42,585 bases of DNA from Chiloscyllium plagiosum (Eukaryota). Location: assembly GCF_004010195.1 (NCBI RefSeq), contig NC_057759.1, positions 1,931,069 to 1,973,653 of the forward strand. The letters run 5' to 3'. A program made the position numbers and the translations under genes. The notes under the pieces are model-generated. The model was not told where the DNA came from, did not search any database, and saw only the letters and a program-made list of their open reading frames with translations. Of this stretch, positions 13,190-24,898 are shown piece by piece (position 1 is the first letter of the stretch; each line of letters opens with the position of its first letter).

Positions 13190-13885
13190 TTCACAGCCTT
13201 GATGAAGGAAGCATATGTAAAAGTTTTAAATTTGGTGGTGGCCCAAAACTGGGTAGGAAACTCAAGTACAAACAGGGCATAAGGAATCTGTAAAGTGTCA
13301 TTGACAGGTCAAGCAGGTTGGGAACATGCTCGGTAGGAGTTTAATGAAGGAAAACCTGTCCAACTTAGTAGGATCAATGGAAAAGCAGCACGGAGAGAGG
13401 CTGCAAAATCCCAGAAGTACAGAAGGATTCAGGCAGATGATAAAGTTAGCATAAAGGCATAAAGGCAAGGGATTAAGGCAGAAAATAAAATACTGTCGTT
13501 TGTGGTAAGGGAGTGGAACATAAAGTCAGGATGTTTTCCTCCATTTGTCAGTGGTTTTGGGAAGACCACCAGACTTGGTCTCTTCACTTAAGAAAGGATG
13601 TAAGTACATTCAAAGTGGTTCAGAGCTGATTTACTCAACTTACAATTGGGGACAAGGAGATGCCGGGTTGGGGCTTACATCAGTTAGAGCTTAGAAGAAT
13701 CAAACGATCTGATAGAGGTGTGCAACATCCCGAGAGGTCTAAACAATGTGAATGTATAAATCCCCTTGTGCCAGACACGAGAAATGAGTGGACACAGTTA
13801 ACAAATAGGTGTCCTCTCATTTAATGTAGGAGAGTTTTGCTTTTCTCTCAGGAGTTCCTGAGTCTTTGGAAATCACCTCTTCAGT
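13190..13885 (+). mobile_element. Old, highly degenerate CR1 fragment
   Basis: Remnants of KFADDTKLG, VRP..., DLIEV.., and WNSLP-like segments. Confidence 0.5.
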
Positions 13886-13892
13886 GAATAGC

Positions 13893-14182
13893 GTGGGGTG
13901 GTGGCACTGTCGTTAGCACTGCTGTCTCACAGCATCAGTGACTTGGGTACGATTTCAGCCTTGGGGACTGTCTATGTGGTATTTGCGCATTCTGCTTCCC
14001 TGTGTCTGTATGGGTTTTCTCCGGGGGCTCTGGCTTCCTCTCATATTCCAAAAAATATGTGGGTTACGGTGGATTGGCTGTCGGAGATGTAGGGTTACAG
14101 GGATGGGATATTGGGGTGGGGCCGTCAGTCAGTCAGTGTCAACTCGACGGGCTGAATGGCCTGCTTGCACTCTGTAGGGATT
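13893..14182 (+). mobile_element. tRNA-derived shark SINE (HE1/V-SINE-like)
   Basis: Head GTGGCACTGTCGTTAGCACTGCTGTCTCACAGC, internal GGGTTTTCTCCGGGGGCTCTGGCTTCCTC, LINE-derived tail. Confidence 0.75.
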
Positions 14183-15414
14183 CAGGAACTGCCTGGTGTC
14201 TGTGACTGACCAGGTGACACGTGGGCACTTTCTTCTTACACTCTTTTATTCAAGCTTGCAAAACATTTCCATAAGATGGCAACAAGCTCCCCAAAATCAT
14301 AAAATATATCAGTTTTATATAAAGTTGTGTAAATTGAAGAGCAGTTTGCATATACCAATCAATAGTATGCACTTGTTTTAAGGTTACCAACACTCAATTA
14401 CAATTGATGAATTTGGTTATTTCATTTGTCTTATCTGGTCATATTCAACCGACCACAGCATCTAGACACTTGCCTAATTACAACATTCAATGTCTACATA
14501 GTACTTTTTTATGAACTTGAACACGGACTTGTGACCTCTTCATTGTTGTCGAAGTTCCTTATTTGTCTCACATCGTCAAGGTTTCGTTTGTCACATGTCT
14601 TCCTGGCTTTTTGCAGTTAGCTCCTTATGTTCTGACCTGGTCAACATTTTCCCTTCCAAGTCTGTACTGAGAATTGCATGAGAAATCTCAGCGTGTGGTG
14701 AGTGTGTAGAAATCACTACCACAGTGAGTGGTCGGGGTGAAAGGCATTACAACCAAGGGGAAGCAAGCCAACGTGAATAAGTGTCACTGTCACCTGATTC
14801 ACAACACAGTGAAATTAAAACATGCAATATCCCTCAAAATTTTTCAACTATTCCAAACCAGACTTGATGACAAACAGATATTGCACACAAAAATTGTAAT
14901 TTGAACAAAAATTAACAATAGTAAATACCGCAAATTTACTTGGGCAAGTTTAAACTAGATAACTGAATTAATAGCAACAGGTTCAGCTTTTTGATCATGG
15001 CCCCCATGGTCTCATAGACAGAGACTCAAGGGGCAAATTAAAAGAGAAAATAAAAACAAAGAATTACCCATTCAATGAAACAGTTTCCAACAATGGATTG
15101 CCAACCCTTTTGGCAATTCTTGGATGATGAGTTTTTACAGGCACATAACTCTATATCAAACTCCGAAGTCATTGCTGAATGTGAATGGATGCCTCGAAGT
15201 ATTCACCTATTTCTTACAACCTGGGACTCATTCCCAGAAAGAGACAATAATTCTTTAACGGATAGAAAAATACTCGAGTCAAACAGCGGTTGCCAGAGCT
15301 TCCAAAATCAGCAGCCGGTCAGCAGCAATTTTCCTCTCTTTGTTTAAAAAGAGAATTAACAGTCTCTGTGACTAGCTGTTTAAAAACAGTCCTCTCTCGA
15401 CTGACCAAGTCAAC

Positions 15415-15515
15415 AAAGTGGAGGTGGGGACTGCAGATGCTGGAGATTAGAGTGCTGCTGGAAAAGCACAGCAGGTCAGGCAGAATCTGAAAATCAACGT
15501 ATCGGGCAAAAGCCC
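15415..15515 (-). mobile_element. Penelope-like terminal repeat fragment
   Basis: GGGGACTGCAGATGCTGGAG..GCTGGAAAAGCACAGCAGGTCAGGCAG..CGGGCAAAAGCCC. Confidence 0.65.
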
Positions 15516-15577
15516 AAAAAACAACTAGCTGCCAGCCCTGGACAAGTCACATTGAGTACATTGAAGGTGGAGGCGGA

Positions 15578-15963
15578 TAGATTAGATTAGATTACTTACA
15601 GTGAGGAAACAGGCCCTTCGGCCCAACAAGTCCACACCGACCCGCCGAAGCACAACCCACCCAAACCCATTCCCCTACATTTACCCCTTCACCTAACACT
15701 ACGGGCAATTTAGCAAGGCCAAGTCACCTAACCTGCACATTTTTGGACTGTGGGAGGAAACCAGAGCAAACCTACGCAGACACGGGGAGAATGTGCAAAC
15801 TCCATACAGTCAGTCGCCCTAAGGCAGGAATTGAACCCTTTTGGCAATAGTAAATACTGCAAATTTACTAGGGAAAGGTTAAACTCGATAACTGAACTAA
15901 CTAGAGCACCCTCACTGGCGCGGTGAGGCAGCAGTGCTAACCACTGTGCCACCGTGCCGCCCA
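15578..15963 (-). mobile_element. Full-length shark SINE with (TAGAT)n tail and a foreign ~70-bp insert
   Basis: Head GTGGGCGGCACGGTGGCACAGTGGTTAGCACTGCTGCCTCAC on the minus strand; TAGATTAGATTAGATT tail; insert at about 15839-15910. Confidence 0.85.
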
Positions 15964-16049
15964 CGTTCTTGATTCTGGATCCAAGGTTACAAGGAGAAAG
16001 CAGGATGCTGGGGTTGAGAAATTATCAGCTATGATTGAATGGTGGTAGG

Positions 16050-16505
16050 GTCATAGAGTCAGGGAGATGTTTAGCACGGTAACAGACCTTTTGGTCCAAC
16101 TCACCCCTCCCGAACCGATATCCTAACCTCATCTAGTTCCATTTGTCAGCAGTTGGACCATATCCCTCCCATCTCTTCCTACTCATATGCCTTTTAAACG
16201 TTGTAATTATACCAGCATCCACCACTTCCTCTGGCAGTTCATTCCATACATACACCACTCTTTGCTTGAAAATGTTGTGCCTTAAATCTCTTTTAAATCT
16301 CATCCCTCTCACCAGAAGTCTATTCTCTCTAGTTCTGGATGTCTCCTACCCTTGTCTATTTGCCCTACCCATGCCCCTCATGATTTCATAAACCTCCATA
16401 ATGTCAACTCTCAGCTTCTGACACTCCAGTGAAAAAAGCCCCAACCTATTCAACCTCTCCCTCTAGCTCAAACCCTCCTGTCCCCGGCAACATCGTGGTA
16501 AATCT
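16050..16505 (-). mobile_element. CR1 LINE 3' fragment inside another CR1 tail
   Basis: Reverse complement of WNELPEEVVDAG and 3' UTR; a plus-strand CR1 tail flanks it at about 15965-16045 and 16680-16745. Confidence 0.7.
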
Positions 16506-16822
16506 TTGCTGATAGAAAAGTCAACGTTTCTGGTAGAACCCTCCTTCAGTCCTGAAAAATGGTTCATACTGGAAACTCTGACTTCTCCACCTGCTTGTGC
16601 TGCCTGGCTTGCTGTGTTCTCCCAGCCTCCCACCTGCCTATTTTGGATTCCAACATCTGCAGTTTTCTTTTCGTCTCCAATGAATGACAGAGCAGATTCG
16701 ATGGGCCTAATGTCCTAACTTCTGCTCTGATGGTCTTGTGGTCTCAAGTTTCTGCAGATAGTTTCAGCGGGGACATGCAGTCCTGGGGTCAACGAGCAGC
16801 AGCGCCAACTGAAAGCAAAATA

Positions 16823-17190
16823 CATAGAATCATAGAATTCTGACAGTGTGGAAACAGGCCCTTTGGCCCAACATGTCTACACTGACTGTCCGAACATTAA
16901 CCCACCCAGACCCATTCTCCTACCCTATTACCCGACATTTGCCCCTGAATGATGCACCACACCTGCGCATCCCTGAATACTGTGGGCAATTTGACTTGGC
17001 CAGTTCACCCTAACCTATGCCTCTGTGGTCTATGGGAGGAAAACAGTGCACCCAAAAGAAAGCCACGCAGACACTGAGGGAGAACATGCAAACTCCACAT
17101 AGACATTCAGCCTGAGGGTGGAATCGAACTGCGTCCCTGACACTGTGAGACAGCAGTGCCAACCATTGAGTCACTCTGCCACCCTGAGCA
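16823..17190 (-). mobile_element. Shark SINE
   Basis: Minus-strand head GGCAGAGTGACTCAATGGTTGGCACTGCTGTCTCACAG; tail ...CATAGAATCATAGAA. Confidence 0.8.
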
Positions 17191-17359
17191 CCATGGGGTC
17201 TTACAGAAAACAAAACAAAATGCCCACCAACTCTCACACTGCACCCACTGTCAGAATGGGCAGAAATTTCAATCCTTGGAGAGACCCACAGCAGCGACAC
17301 CGGTGGAATCTGATTGTTGGGAGCCCTAGTGCCCCTGTTGGTGCCTCTGGAAGTTAACA

Positions 17360-18479
17360 TATGCCAATACTCGAGGCAGGCGAACAGCCTCTCGCCAACA
17401 TGGACCCGCCAATGGATCAGCAGGTGGTAGGAGTGGGTCAACTCTTTCCATACTCGGGACAGCTGAAGGACCTCTCCCCAATGTGGAGTCACCGGTGGAT
17501 CAGCAAGTGGGAAGAGAGAGTGAAGCTTCTCCAGCACTTGGGGCACAAGAACAGGCTCTCCCCCTTGTGGACACAGCAGGGCATCTGGAGGTGGAAGGCC
17601 TGAGTGAAGCCCTTGCTGCATCTCGAGCATGAGAAATGTCATTTCCCGGTGTGGACCCGCTGGTGGGCCACAAGGTGGGCAGAGTAGTTCAGGCTATTGC
17701 CACACATCGAGTGGGTGAACGGCCGCTCACCAGTGTGGAACAGCCAGTGATCTAGCAGGTGGGAGCAGTGGGTAAAGTCCTTTCTGCACATGGAGCAGGT
17801 GTATCGCCAGTCCCAGTGTGGAACTGCTGGTGGTAAAGCAAGTAGGAGGCTTGGGTAAAGCTCTTCCTGCACATGGAGCAGGTGGGCCACCAGTCCCAGT
17901 GTGGGCCTGCTGGTGGGACAGCAAGTAGGAGGCTTGAGTAAAGCCCTTCCTGCACACGGGGCATGTAGACCGCCAGTACCTGCTGTGGACCTGCCAGTGG
18001 TAAACCAGGTGGGAGGCTTGGGGAAAGCTCTTCCCACACTCGGTGCAGGAGAACGGTCTCTCCCTCGTGTGATTGCAACCATAAGTCTCCAAGGCAGACG
18101 GGGCATGCAAGTTGCCACACTTCCAAGGTTTGTCCACGGGGTGACATTCCTCGGGTTTCTCCATGGTAGTAGCATCAGCTGCACACTGACTTGTGTACAG
18201 GCCCCGCACGTCGTGAATTCCTGTTTCAAGGCCATATAACTGTTTCAGGCTCCACACTCAGTGCGCTGCAACATTCGGCTCCCTCATCCAGTCCTACTGA
18301 TGCTGAAAACATATTGAAACAGGAACCAAAATACTTTACTCCGTCTCACAGAATCAGAACAGAAAGTCGTTGCGGTCCCGATGGATTGCCATCCAATGAC
18401 TGTTAGACATTACCGTGAAAGTGGGGACTGCAAAGCAGCGATGCACGCATCTCACAAATTAACAGATTTTTCAAAGCAT
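17360..18479 (-). pseudogene. Second C2H2 zinc-finger exon, frameshifted
   Basis: MEKPEECHPVDKPWKC..HTRERPFSCTECGKSF..CPVCRKGF..HTGERPF split across ORFs 17727-18257, 17752-18147, 17639-18235 and 17010-17642; acceptor ctgcttttgtctccaacag| at 18480/18479. Confidence 0.85.
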
Positions 18480-19245
18480 CTGTTGGAGACAAAAGCAGTG
18501 CACTCCAGATCAACATGCAGTCTCTCCCCCGATAATTAAATCCAATTTCTCACCACACTGCCGCAATCCAAGACAAGGTCACAATCCCCATCTCATCTGT
18601 CTCTTTCAGAGAGAAACACATACGGATATGTTCCTTTGGTCTCACGCCAGATTTTCAATGCAAAGTACAATCTTGTCTTTAAGTAGAAAACATGACAACC
18701 TTGCAGGATATATTGAGAAGTGTCAAAGGCGGTTTCTGTTACTCATTCGGATGACCCATTTGGAAAAAACGTGGACAAGGTAATTGCGCGTCATCTAACT
18801 TCGTTGGCGTGGGCCGGAAAAGGATGGAGACTGCATTCGCAGGAATGCCGTCATGGAAGGGACTAATTGTTTCTGAACAGTCAACAAAGTTAATAGCCTT
18901 AGCAGGTATTAGCCGGATGTTTTACATTTATTGTTTCTAATCCACAACTAATTAAGTATTCAAACGGCTGTTAAATAATTAATGTCGCTATATCTGAATT
19001 AGTTTGTTTCTGATAAAATAAAACACAAAACACGATTTTTGTCACGATGGGTATTTTCTTATCAACTTTCCCTCTAATTGTTTTCCTCACTTTTTCCTCC
19101 TATGTCGGTGTCGCTGTTAAAGTTAGGATTATTTTCCATATCTAATTGCCCATCGACTCAATGCTTTCCTAAGCCTTTTCATGTGAATGATTACCTTCAA
19201 TTAAGTTGACGTTGGTCAGCAATCATTTGCACACAGAAGATGTAA

Positions 19246-19339
19246 GCATGGCAGGTTGCCTTGATGATAGAGCATTCATGAGCCAGAATTGTGCATGGCA
19301 GGTTGCCTTGATGATAGAGCATTCATGGGCCAGAATTGT
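19246..19339. repeat. 47-bp tandem duplication (1 mismatch)
   Basis: GCATGGCAGGTTGCCTTGATGATAGAGCATTCATG(A/G)GCCAGAATTGT at 19246 and 19293. Confidence 0.95.
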
Positions 19340-19819
19340 GCTTCACAGTAATTGGCGATAGCTTTTTGTTCGTATTTCAGAGAGGAACAACTAATTTTAT
19401 TACTTGAGTGTAAACCCCCATGGCTACTATGTAACGTTTTGAACGTTTGTCTTTACAATTGTAGCGGGGAAATCTTTATAACGAGTCAGAGTATGATGAT
19501 AACATGCCACCTCATCATGTCAAATAAAATGACAACTGGTCCCTATTTGTTTATCATGCGGACTCCACGCCTGTATGTTATTCTAATGCGCACACTTTTT
19601 CCTCTTTCTTGATGCGTCATGTCCTCGAGCCAGTGAACTTTTATTTCCCCTGGAAACTGTGTGATAATATCCAATCATGTGTACCGCCCTATCCGACCAG
19701 GGGCATACATAACCTTTTGTTTTGTCACATAGACAATTTTTTTAATTGGAACAGGCATCAGCCATAATCCATTATTTTATATGTTTGTACCATTCTTCGT
19801 ATGCTTCATTTTATGAAAT

Positions 19820-20535
19820 GTTTCGAATGTGGTCTTTTTCTGGGAAGCTGTTTTTGTTTTCAAAACTAAAGTTGCTCGGCTTTGATGACTAGTTGCAGAA
19901 ATTACTCTTTTATCGGGCATGTTCAATGCTGTATGTTCTCAGTGCGACCATGCTGCTGTGTTAACAATCTTACGTTGTCCTTTTGTTTAGAGGGATCGTA
20001 AACGCATAGATTCTGAAATGTCTGGGATTGTCTACTTGAAGAAGCCTTTCAGTTTTAAGTTCTCCTAGCTCAGCTTTTCCCTGGTTTGGATTGATTTAAT
20101 TTTTCTTTAGCAATCTGACTGTTCAGAACTATTGGTCACTTGTTAGCTTTGAATCCAAAAGAAACTGTTACATGGAAGGTGTTCCATGCTGAATCGCTTT
20201 GACATCTCACTCTCCTGAAATACCCTATGTTTGGTTTAACCTTTCTTGCTGAGGGGTGCTAATGGGGATTGTTGCAGGAATTCGGAACAACATCAATAAA
20301 TTGGGATAGTCTGTTGAGTTTTTAAATAGTTGAGTTAGTCTATGTCCTGTTCTCTTGTGTCTGTGTTTCTTTCGATAAATGTGCAAATACATTCTGATTC
20401 ATTTGAAACTAAATGGTTTGGCCAGCTGCATCACTCCAGGAACACCCACACTACACCTGCTTAAAACAACGAGCAAAGTTAGAGCCTAAGCTACTTTCTT
20501 GAAATGTTTTGACGTGTTCTGGCCTGATCCATAAC
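19820..20535 (+). mobile_element. Possible degenerate solo LTR of an LTR retrotransposon
   Basis: Ends ...TCTGGCCTGATCCATAACA, a CA terminus resembling shark LTR ends; the 5' boundary is uncertain and no TSD was confirmed. Confidence 0.35.
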
Positions 20536-22097
20536 ATGAGTGAGTGATATGGCTCATGCCTTTTTCTGAACAGACTTCTATTTCAACTGAGTATTTCTGT
20601 AACAACAATTTACAACAGTACCTTGTGACGTCTCGATCAGTAATTAAACTGAGAACCTACAATTTCATGAAACAATGGGGAAGAAAAAAACAAACAATAA
20701 CTGAACCAAGAAAACAACCGGTTTAATAATCTGAATTGGCTCTTACTGTCAGTGCCAAAAAGTACTGATGGTAGCAGGTGGATTCTGGATTATCTTGTTG
20801 TCTCCCAATAGGTGCTTCCTTGAAAGCAATTCAACTCAACGCCCAATATTCTTTTCTGCAAATTCAACAAATTGCTTTGTCTGAAGTACACGAAATTAAC
20901 GCAGTGCTAGTATTTGCTTTCCAACTTTTTTTTAAAAGAAAAGTGTCGTTATTCGATTAGCATTTGTGGAATGAATGATTTGAATATTGGTGGAGATTGT
21001 GGCAGAGAATGATGTAACACTCGCTGATAAACTGGTGTTACACTATTATTTTATAGGCAATGATAATCAAGGAAGAAAGAATGAGAAGTTGCCGCGAGGG
21101 CATTGCACCTTTCACAGCTATCGGTGCTACATAGATCTTTGCTGTCAATGAGACAGTTTTGAAATTATATCATTGTTATAGTGCTGGAAACCGTGAGAAA
21201 CAGTTTGCAAACAAAGAAGACAAAATCCATGTTGTTGATTGGATATTCTGATTTTACGCTGTTTATTGTACCAGACGGACTTTTCCTTGGAGGTGAACAG
21301 GAAGTATAGGTCATGAATTAACATTTCATCTAGATGGTCGACAAAGCAGTGGGAGTTACGGATGCAAACCTCGATTACATCTTCTTGCATGTAAAAATCA
21401 GTGATCAGAACAACAACAAAAAAATCTTTCCTGGAAATACATGAGTGAATCAGATTTATTTAAAAGAAAATCAACGTTCTGCTGGCTTTCGACTTTGGAT
21501 TTTTATTGAATTCAAATTTCCCTACTTCTCATGATAGCGTTTAGACACAAACCAGTACAGCATCATCAAGTCAAGGTTTTGGATGACTTGCTCAGTGACA
21601 TCGCAACTTCTCGGCAGTTGTGTAGTTCCTCTTTTGTGTATCTTCATCGAAATTTCCCGTCACTTAGCGGGAATGGAGCTCTGTTCAAGGACATCCCTGA
21701 ATGAGTGCGCACGCAGCGTTTCGGATGTCAGCAAAGACCGTCTTTCATTGAGCAACCAGATATCTCTGGTCAGTTACACATTATGCTCAAACCACTTAAC
21801 TCAGCAGGAAGGTCCTTATGTTAATAAGTTTGTATTGAACAAATGCTAGTTGAACCAATCATTTTTTGTTCTTATATTATAAATATTAACGAAACGTATC
21901 TGATGCCATGGGATGGACTATCAGCCTCTGTCGTAAATGCACGCGCGACTTTTTAAAAGCCAAATGTTTTTTTTTCAAAACAATAATCATGAAATTGTCA
22001 GCAACTTCATAAATATGTTTGATTCAATTAGAATCATTCATGTTGAAAAAAAATCTCCCTTGTGTTTGGCATTCAGTATATATGTTGCAATATTTCC

Positions 22098-22189
22098 ATG
22101 AACTGCAGAGCTCACATTTCTGAAGAAATACTCGGAATACCTCGTGTCTGCTATTTACTATCCTATGGTTGCAGTGATTGGACTTCCAG
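22098..22189 (+). pseudogene. GPR139/GPR142-like GPCR first coding exon with ATG 1 nt out of frame
   Basis: Frame from 22102 reads TAELTFLKKYSEYLVSAIYYPMVAVIGLP-G, then a phase-1 GTAAAT donor at 22190. YYP..A.IG.P before an intron is typical of TM1 in this family. Confidence 0.65.
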
Positions 22190-23287
22190 GTAAATCAAAG
22201 CAGTTGGTCACTGTTTGAGATAATCACAGTTTTACTGACTCACTGCCGCATATGTTTGTTTCATTTTAAAGCGACAGCTTATCTTTTAAAAGAAAAACAG
22301 TCACGTACTCGTCTTTGAGTTGACGTACTTCCTACTTTTACTGTATCAGTTTTTACTGCTTTTTCTTCTTAGTGTCACATGTTCTCCCTTTACCAGCATG
22401 ACGCCAACTCTTCTGTACATGGTTTCTTCACATAACTAAGTTGTTCACGTTAATGGTACTATCTGCTCTTGTCTAATCGCATTGAATTCCACAAATTGCA
22501 CATTTGCCCATGAATTGCCAGCATTTTTTTTATTGTTTTATTGTTTATTGCCCATTTAGAATGAGGAATTTGTCACTCGGTATCAACGTGACAGTGAAGA
22601 TCCACTATTACTTATGTGACAATAGCTGTTTGAAAGTACCCCCCTATTTGAAATTATTGAATTCATATGTTACTCTATGAATTTTAATGTATAATCCTTT
22701 TAAAGCGACATTATCATGCTTAGCGGCAGTGTTTCTGCTGCTAGTCAGTAAATGAGAAAATTACCTTCTACAATTCACACCTCAAATTCTGCCACCTCCT
22801 GCGGTTCAACTCTGCATCAAGTAGAGTACGTGACTTCCCAACTATGCTCCAGGAATAATCATGGAGGCTTAACAATGGTGACAGTTACATTTCACATAAA
22901 TGTAGTGGGAGAGGGAGATAGAGTAAGGGGACAGGGGGAGCAAGGGAGTGAAATAAAATGGGGACCAGGTTAACAGGGGAGGGGGATATGGTGATGGCAG
23001 GGCAAACAGGGGAGGGTGCTATAGAGTGGGGTGAACAGGAAACAGGGAAGAGGGACAATCTATCCCCCCCTCATTCCATCTCTCTCCACCCCATGTCCCC
23101 TCGATCTCCCGCAACTCTATTCCCCTCCCACATTTCTCCTCATTAACCAACCTCTGAACCTTGCTCCCCCCCCCTACTCTATTGCCCTCTCCAATTTCCT
23201 CTCCTCCCATCTCTATCATTTTCCCATTACTGTTGAGCCCCGCTCTACCCGCTCCCGTTTCCCCTACACCCCACTCTATCGTCTATT

Positions 23288-23356
23288 TGTGGGCAGCACG
23301 GTGGATCAATGGTTAGCACTGCTGCCGTACAGCGTCAGGGACCCGGATTCGAACCT
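23288..23356 (+). mobile_element. SINE 5' head fragment
   Basis: GTGGGCAGCACGGTGGATCAATGGTTAGCACTGCTGCC..CAGGGACCCGGATTCGAACC (A and B boxes). Confidence 0.7.
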
Positions 23357-23414
23357 GTTGAATGTGGGACGGGAGGGGAGCAGGATGAAAGGGACTACTC
23401 CTGCTCCTACTTGT

Positions 23415-23721
23415 GATGTGTCTGTAATTTCTTGCGGCCAGGTGAGGTAACTTTACACAGAAACAACATTCCTGTTCCCCATTACTTTGGCGTTGTGGCT
23501 GTGATGGAGAGAATATGGGAATTCCGTTGTGTAGTCTCATACCCCACAGACTGGTTAGCGTGCACATACCCACAACACCCACCAGGTTAACCCGTGACTG
23601 GGAAGCAATTTGGTGACATTACCCACCGTCATTTCCACACCAAGCTGCCTCACATCACACGGTGCCTTTAGAGTTCAGCTTAACCCGGCTGTCGCTCACA
23701 TATTTCACAGCACGCCGGTTA
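23415..23721 (-). pseudogene. Degenerate immunoglobulin C1-set constant-domain exon
   Basis: After acceptor ccccttacag, frameshifted pieces read ..MTVGNVTKLLPSHGLTWWV.. / GYVHANQSVGYETTQRNSHILSITATTPK*WGTGMLFLCKVTSPG. Confidence 0.5.
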
Positions 23722-23929
23722 CTGTAAGGGGAGGAGCTCACCCAGATGAATCAAAGCAGAGATCGATCAGTCAAGATTGAACTGTCACTCAAAACTGTCA
23801 GGCACAGAGGCATTGGGCTGAAGGGCCTCGTTCCATGTTTTCCCTTCTCCACCACTCCAAAGGCCAAATCCTTTGCAACCACGAGAATGTGGTCATCAAC
23901 TCAATTCATGTTTAAAAAAATCACAATTT

Positions 23930-24455
23930 TTTACATTCGCTCATGTGATGTGGGCTCACTGACTGGGTTAGCGTTTATTGCCCCAATTCCTAATTGCCCC
24001 AGAGGACAGTTAAGAGTCAATGGCAGAGAGTCCACAGCACAGAATAAAAATCCATCAGCACATTGCGTCTGCGCTGGTCAAAAGTAACCACCTCACTATT
24101 GTCTAATCCCATTTCCCCAGCACTTGGCACATAGCCTTGTCATCACAAGTGCACACCTACAACCTTCTTCAGGTTTGTGAGGGTTTCAGCAAGGTGGGAG
24201 GGGAGAGATACAAAAGAGTCCGGTGGTGCAAATTTTCACACAAAGGGTGTTGAATGTCTGGAACCGGCTGCCCGAGGTAGTGAAGGAAGACTGTACAGTT
24301 TTGTAATTTCAGAAACGTTTAAGCAGGTACATGGATAGGATTGGTATGGAAGGATACGGATCAAACACAAACACATGGGACTAGTTTTAATTGTGAAAAC
24401 CGGGCACCACTGATATGTTGGCCCAGATGGACTGTTTCCATACTGTAGAAATGTT
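23930..24455. mobile_element. Mixed short LINE 3' fragments
   Basis: FTQRVLNVWNRLPEVV-like segment near 24235-24290 plus opposite-strand LINE tails. Confidence 0.55.
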
Positions 24456-24457
24456 TG

Positions 24458-24805
24458 ACACTGTCTCTACTCTCGCGCATTCTCTCTCTCACACACACAC
24501 ACAATCTCGCTCTCACACTGTTTCAAACACACACACTGTCTCTTTCACATACTCACACTCACATAAACACACACCGTCTCACACACGTTCTCTCTTTCAC
24601 ACACAAACTGTCTCTCAAACACACACACACTTTTTCGTCTCTCCCACACTTTTCCTCTCACTCTCACACGTGTACACACACACACTTACTCTCATCAACT
24701 GTCTCCCTCTTTCTGTCTCTCACACACTTTCACACAGACACACACTGTGTCTCACAAGCACTCTCTCACACACACACTCTTTCACATAGACTCTCTCGCA
24801 CACAT
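24458..24805. repeat. CA/CT low-complexity microsatellite
   Basis: Interleaved (CA)n and (CT)n tracts. Confidence 0.9.
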
Positions 24806-24857
24806 CCCCACCCCCACCCTCCTCTAGCTTATTTCTCCACGCTTCAGGCTCTCAGTC

Positions 24858-24898
24858 TTTATTCCTGATGAAGGGCTTTTGCCCGAAACGTCGATTTT
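24858..24898 (+). ncRNA. Minimal hammerhead ribozyme motif within a Penelope terminal repeat (about 24806-24955)
   Basis: CTGATGA (24865-24871)-A-GGGC-TTTT-GCCC-GAAA-CGTC: canonical core, perfect helix II, GUC triplet. Confidence 0.7.

Noticed and set aside
14715..14835. CACAGTG heptamers suggesting V(D)J recombination signals or a D segment
   Set aside because: Nonamer matches are poor (best GCAATATCC after a 12-nt spacer), there is no partner RSS, and no convincing V or J coding sequence. The heptamer near 9861 also lacks a nonamer.
24415..24868. His/Thr/Ser/Leu-rich ORFs
   Set aside because: They are translations of a CA/CT microsatellite.
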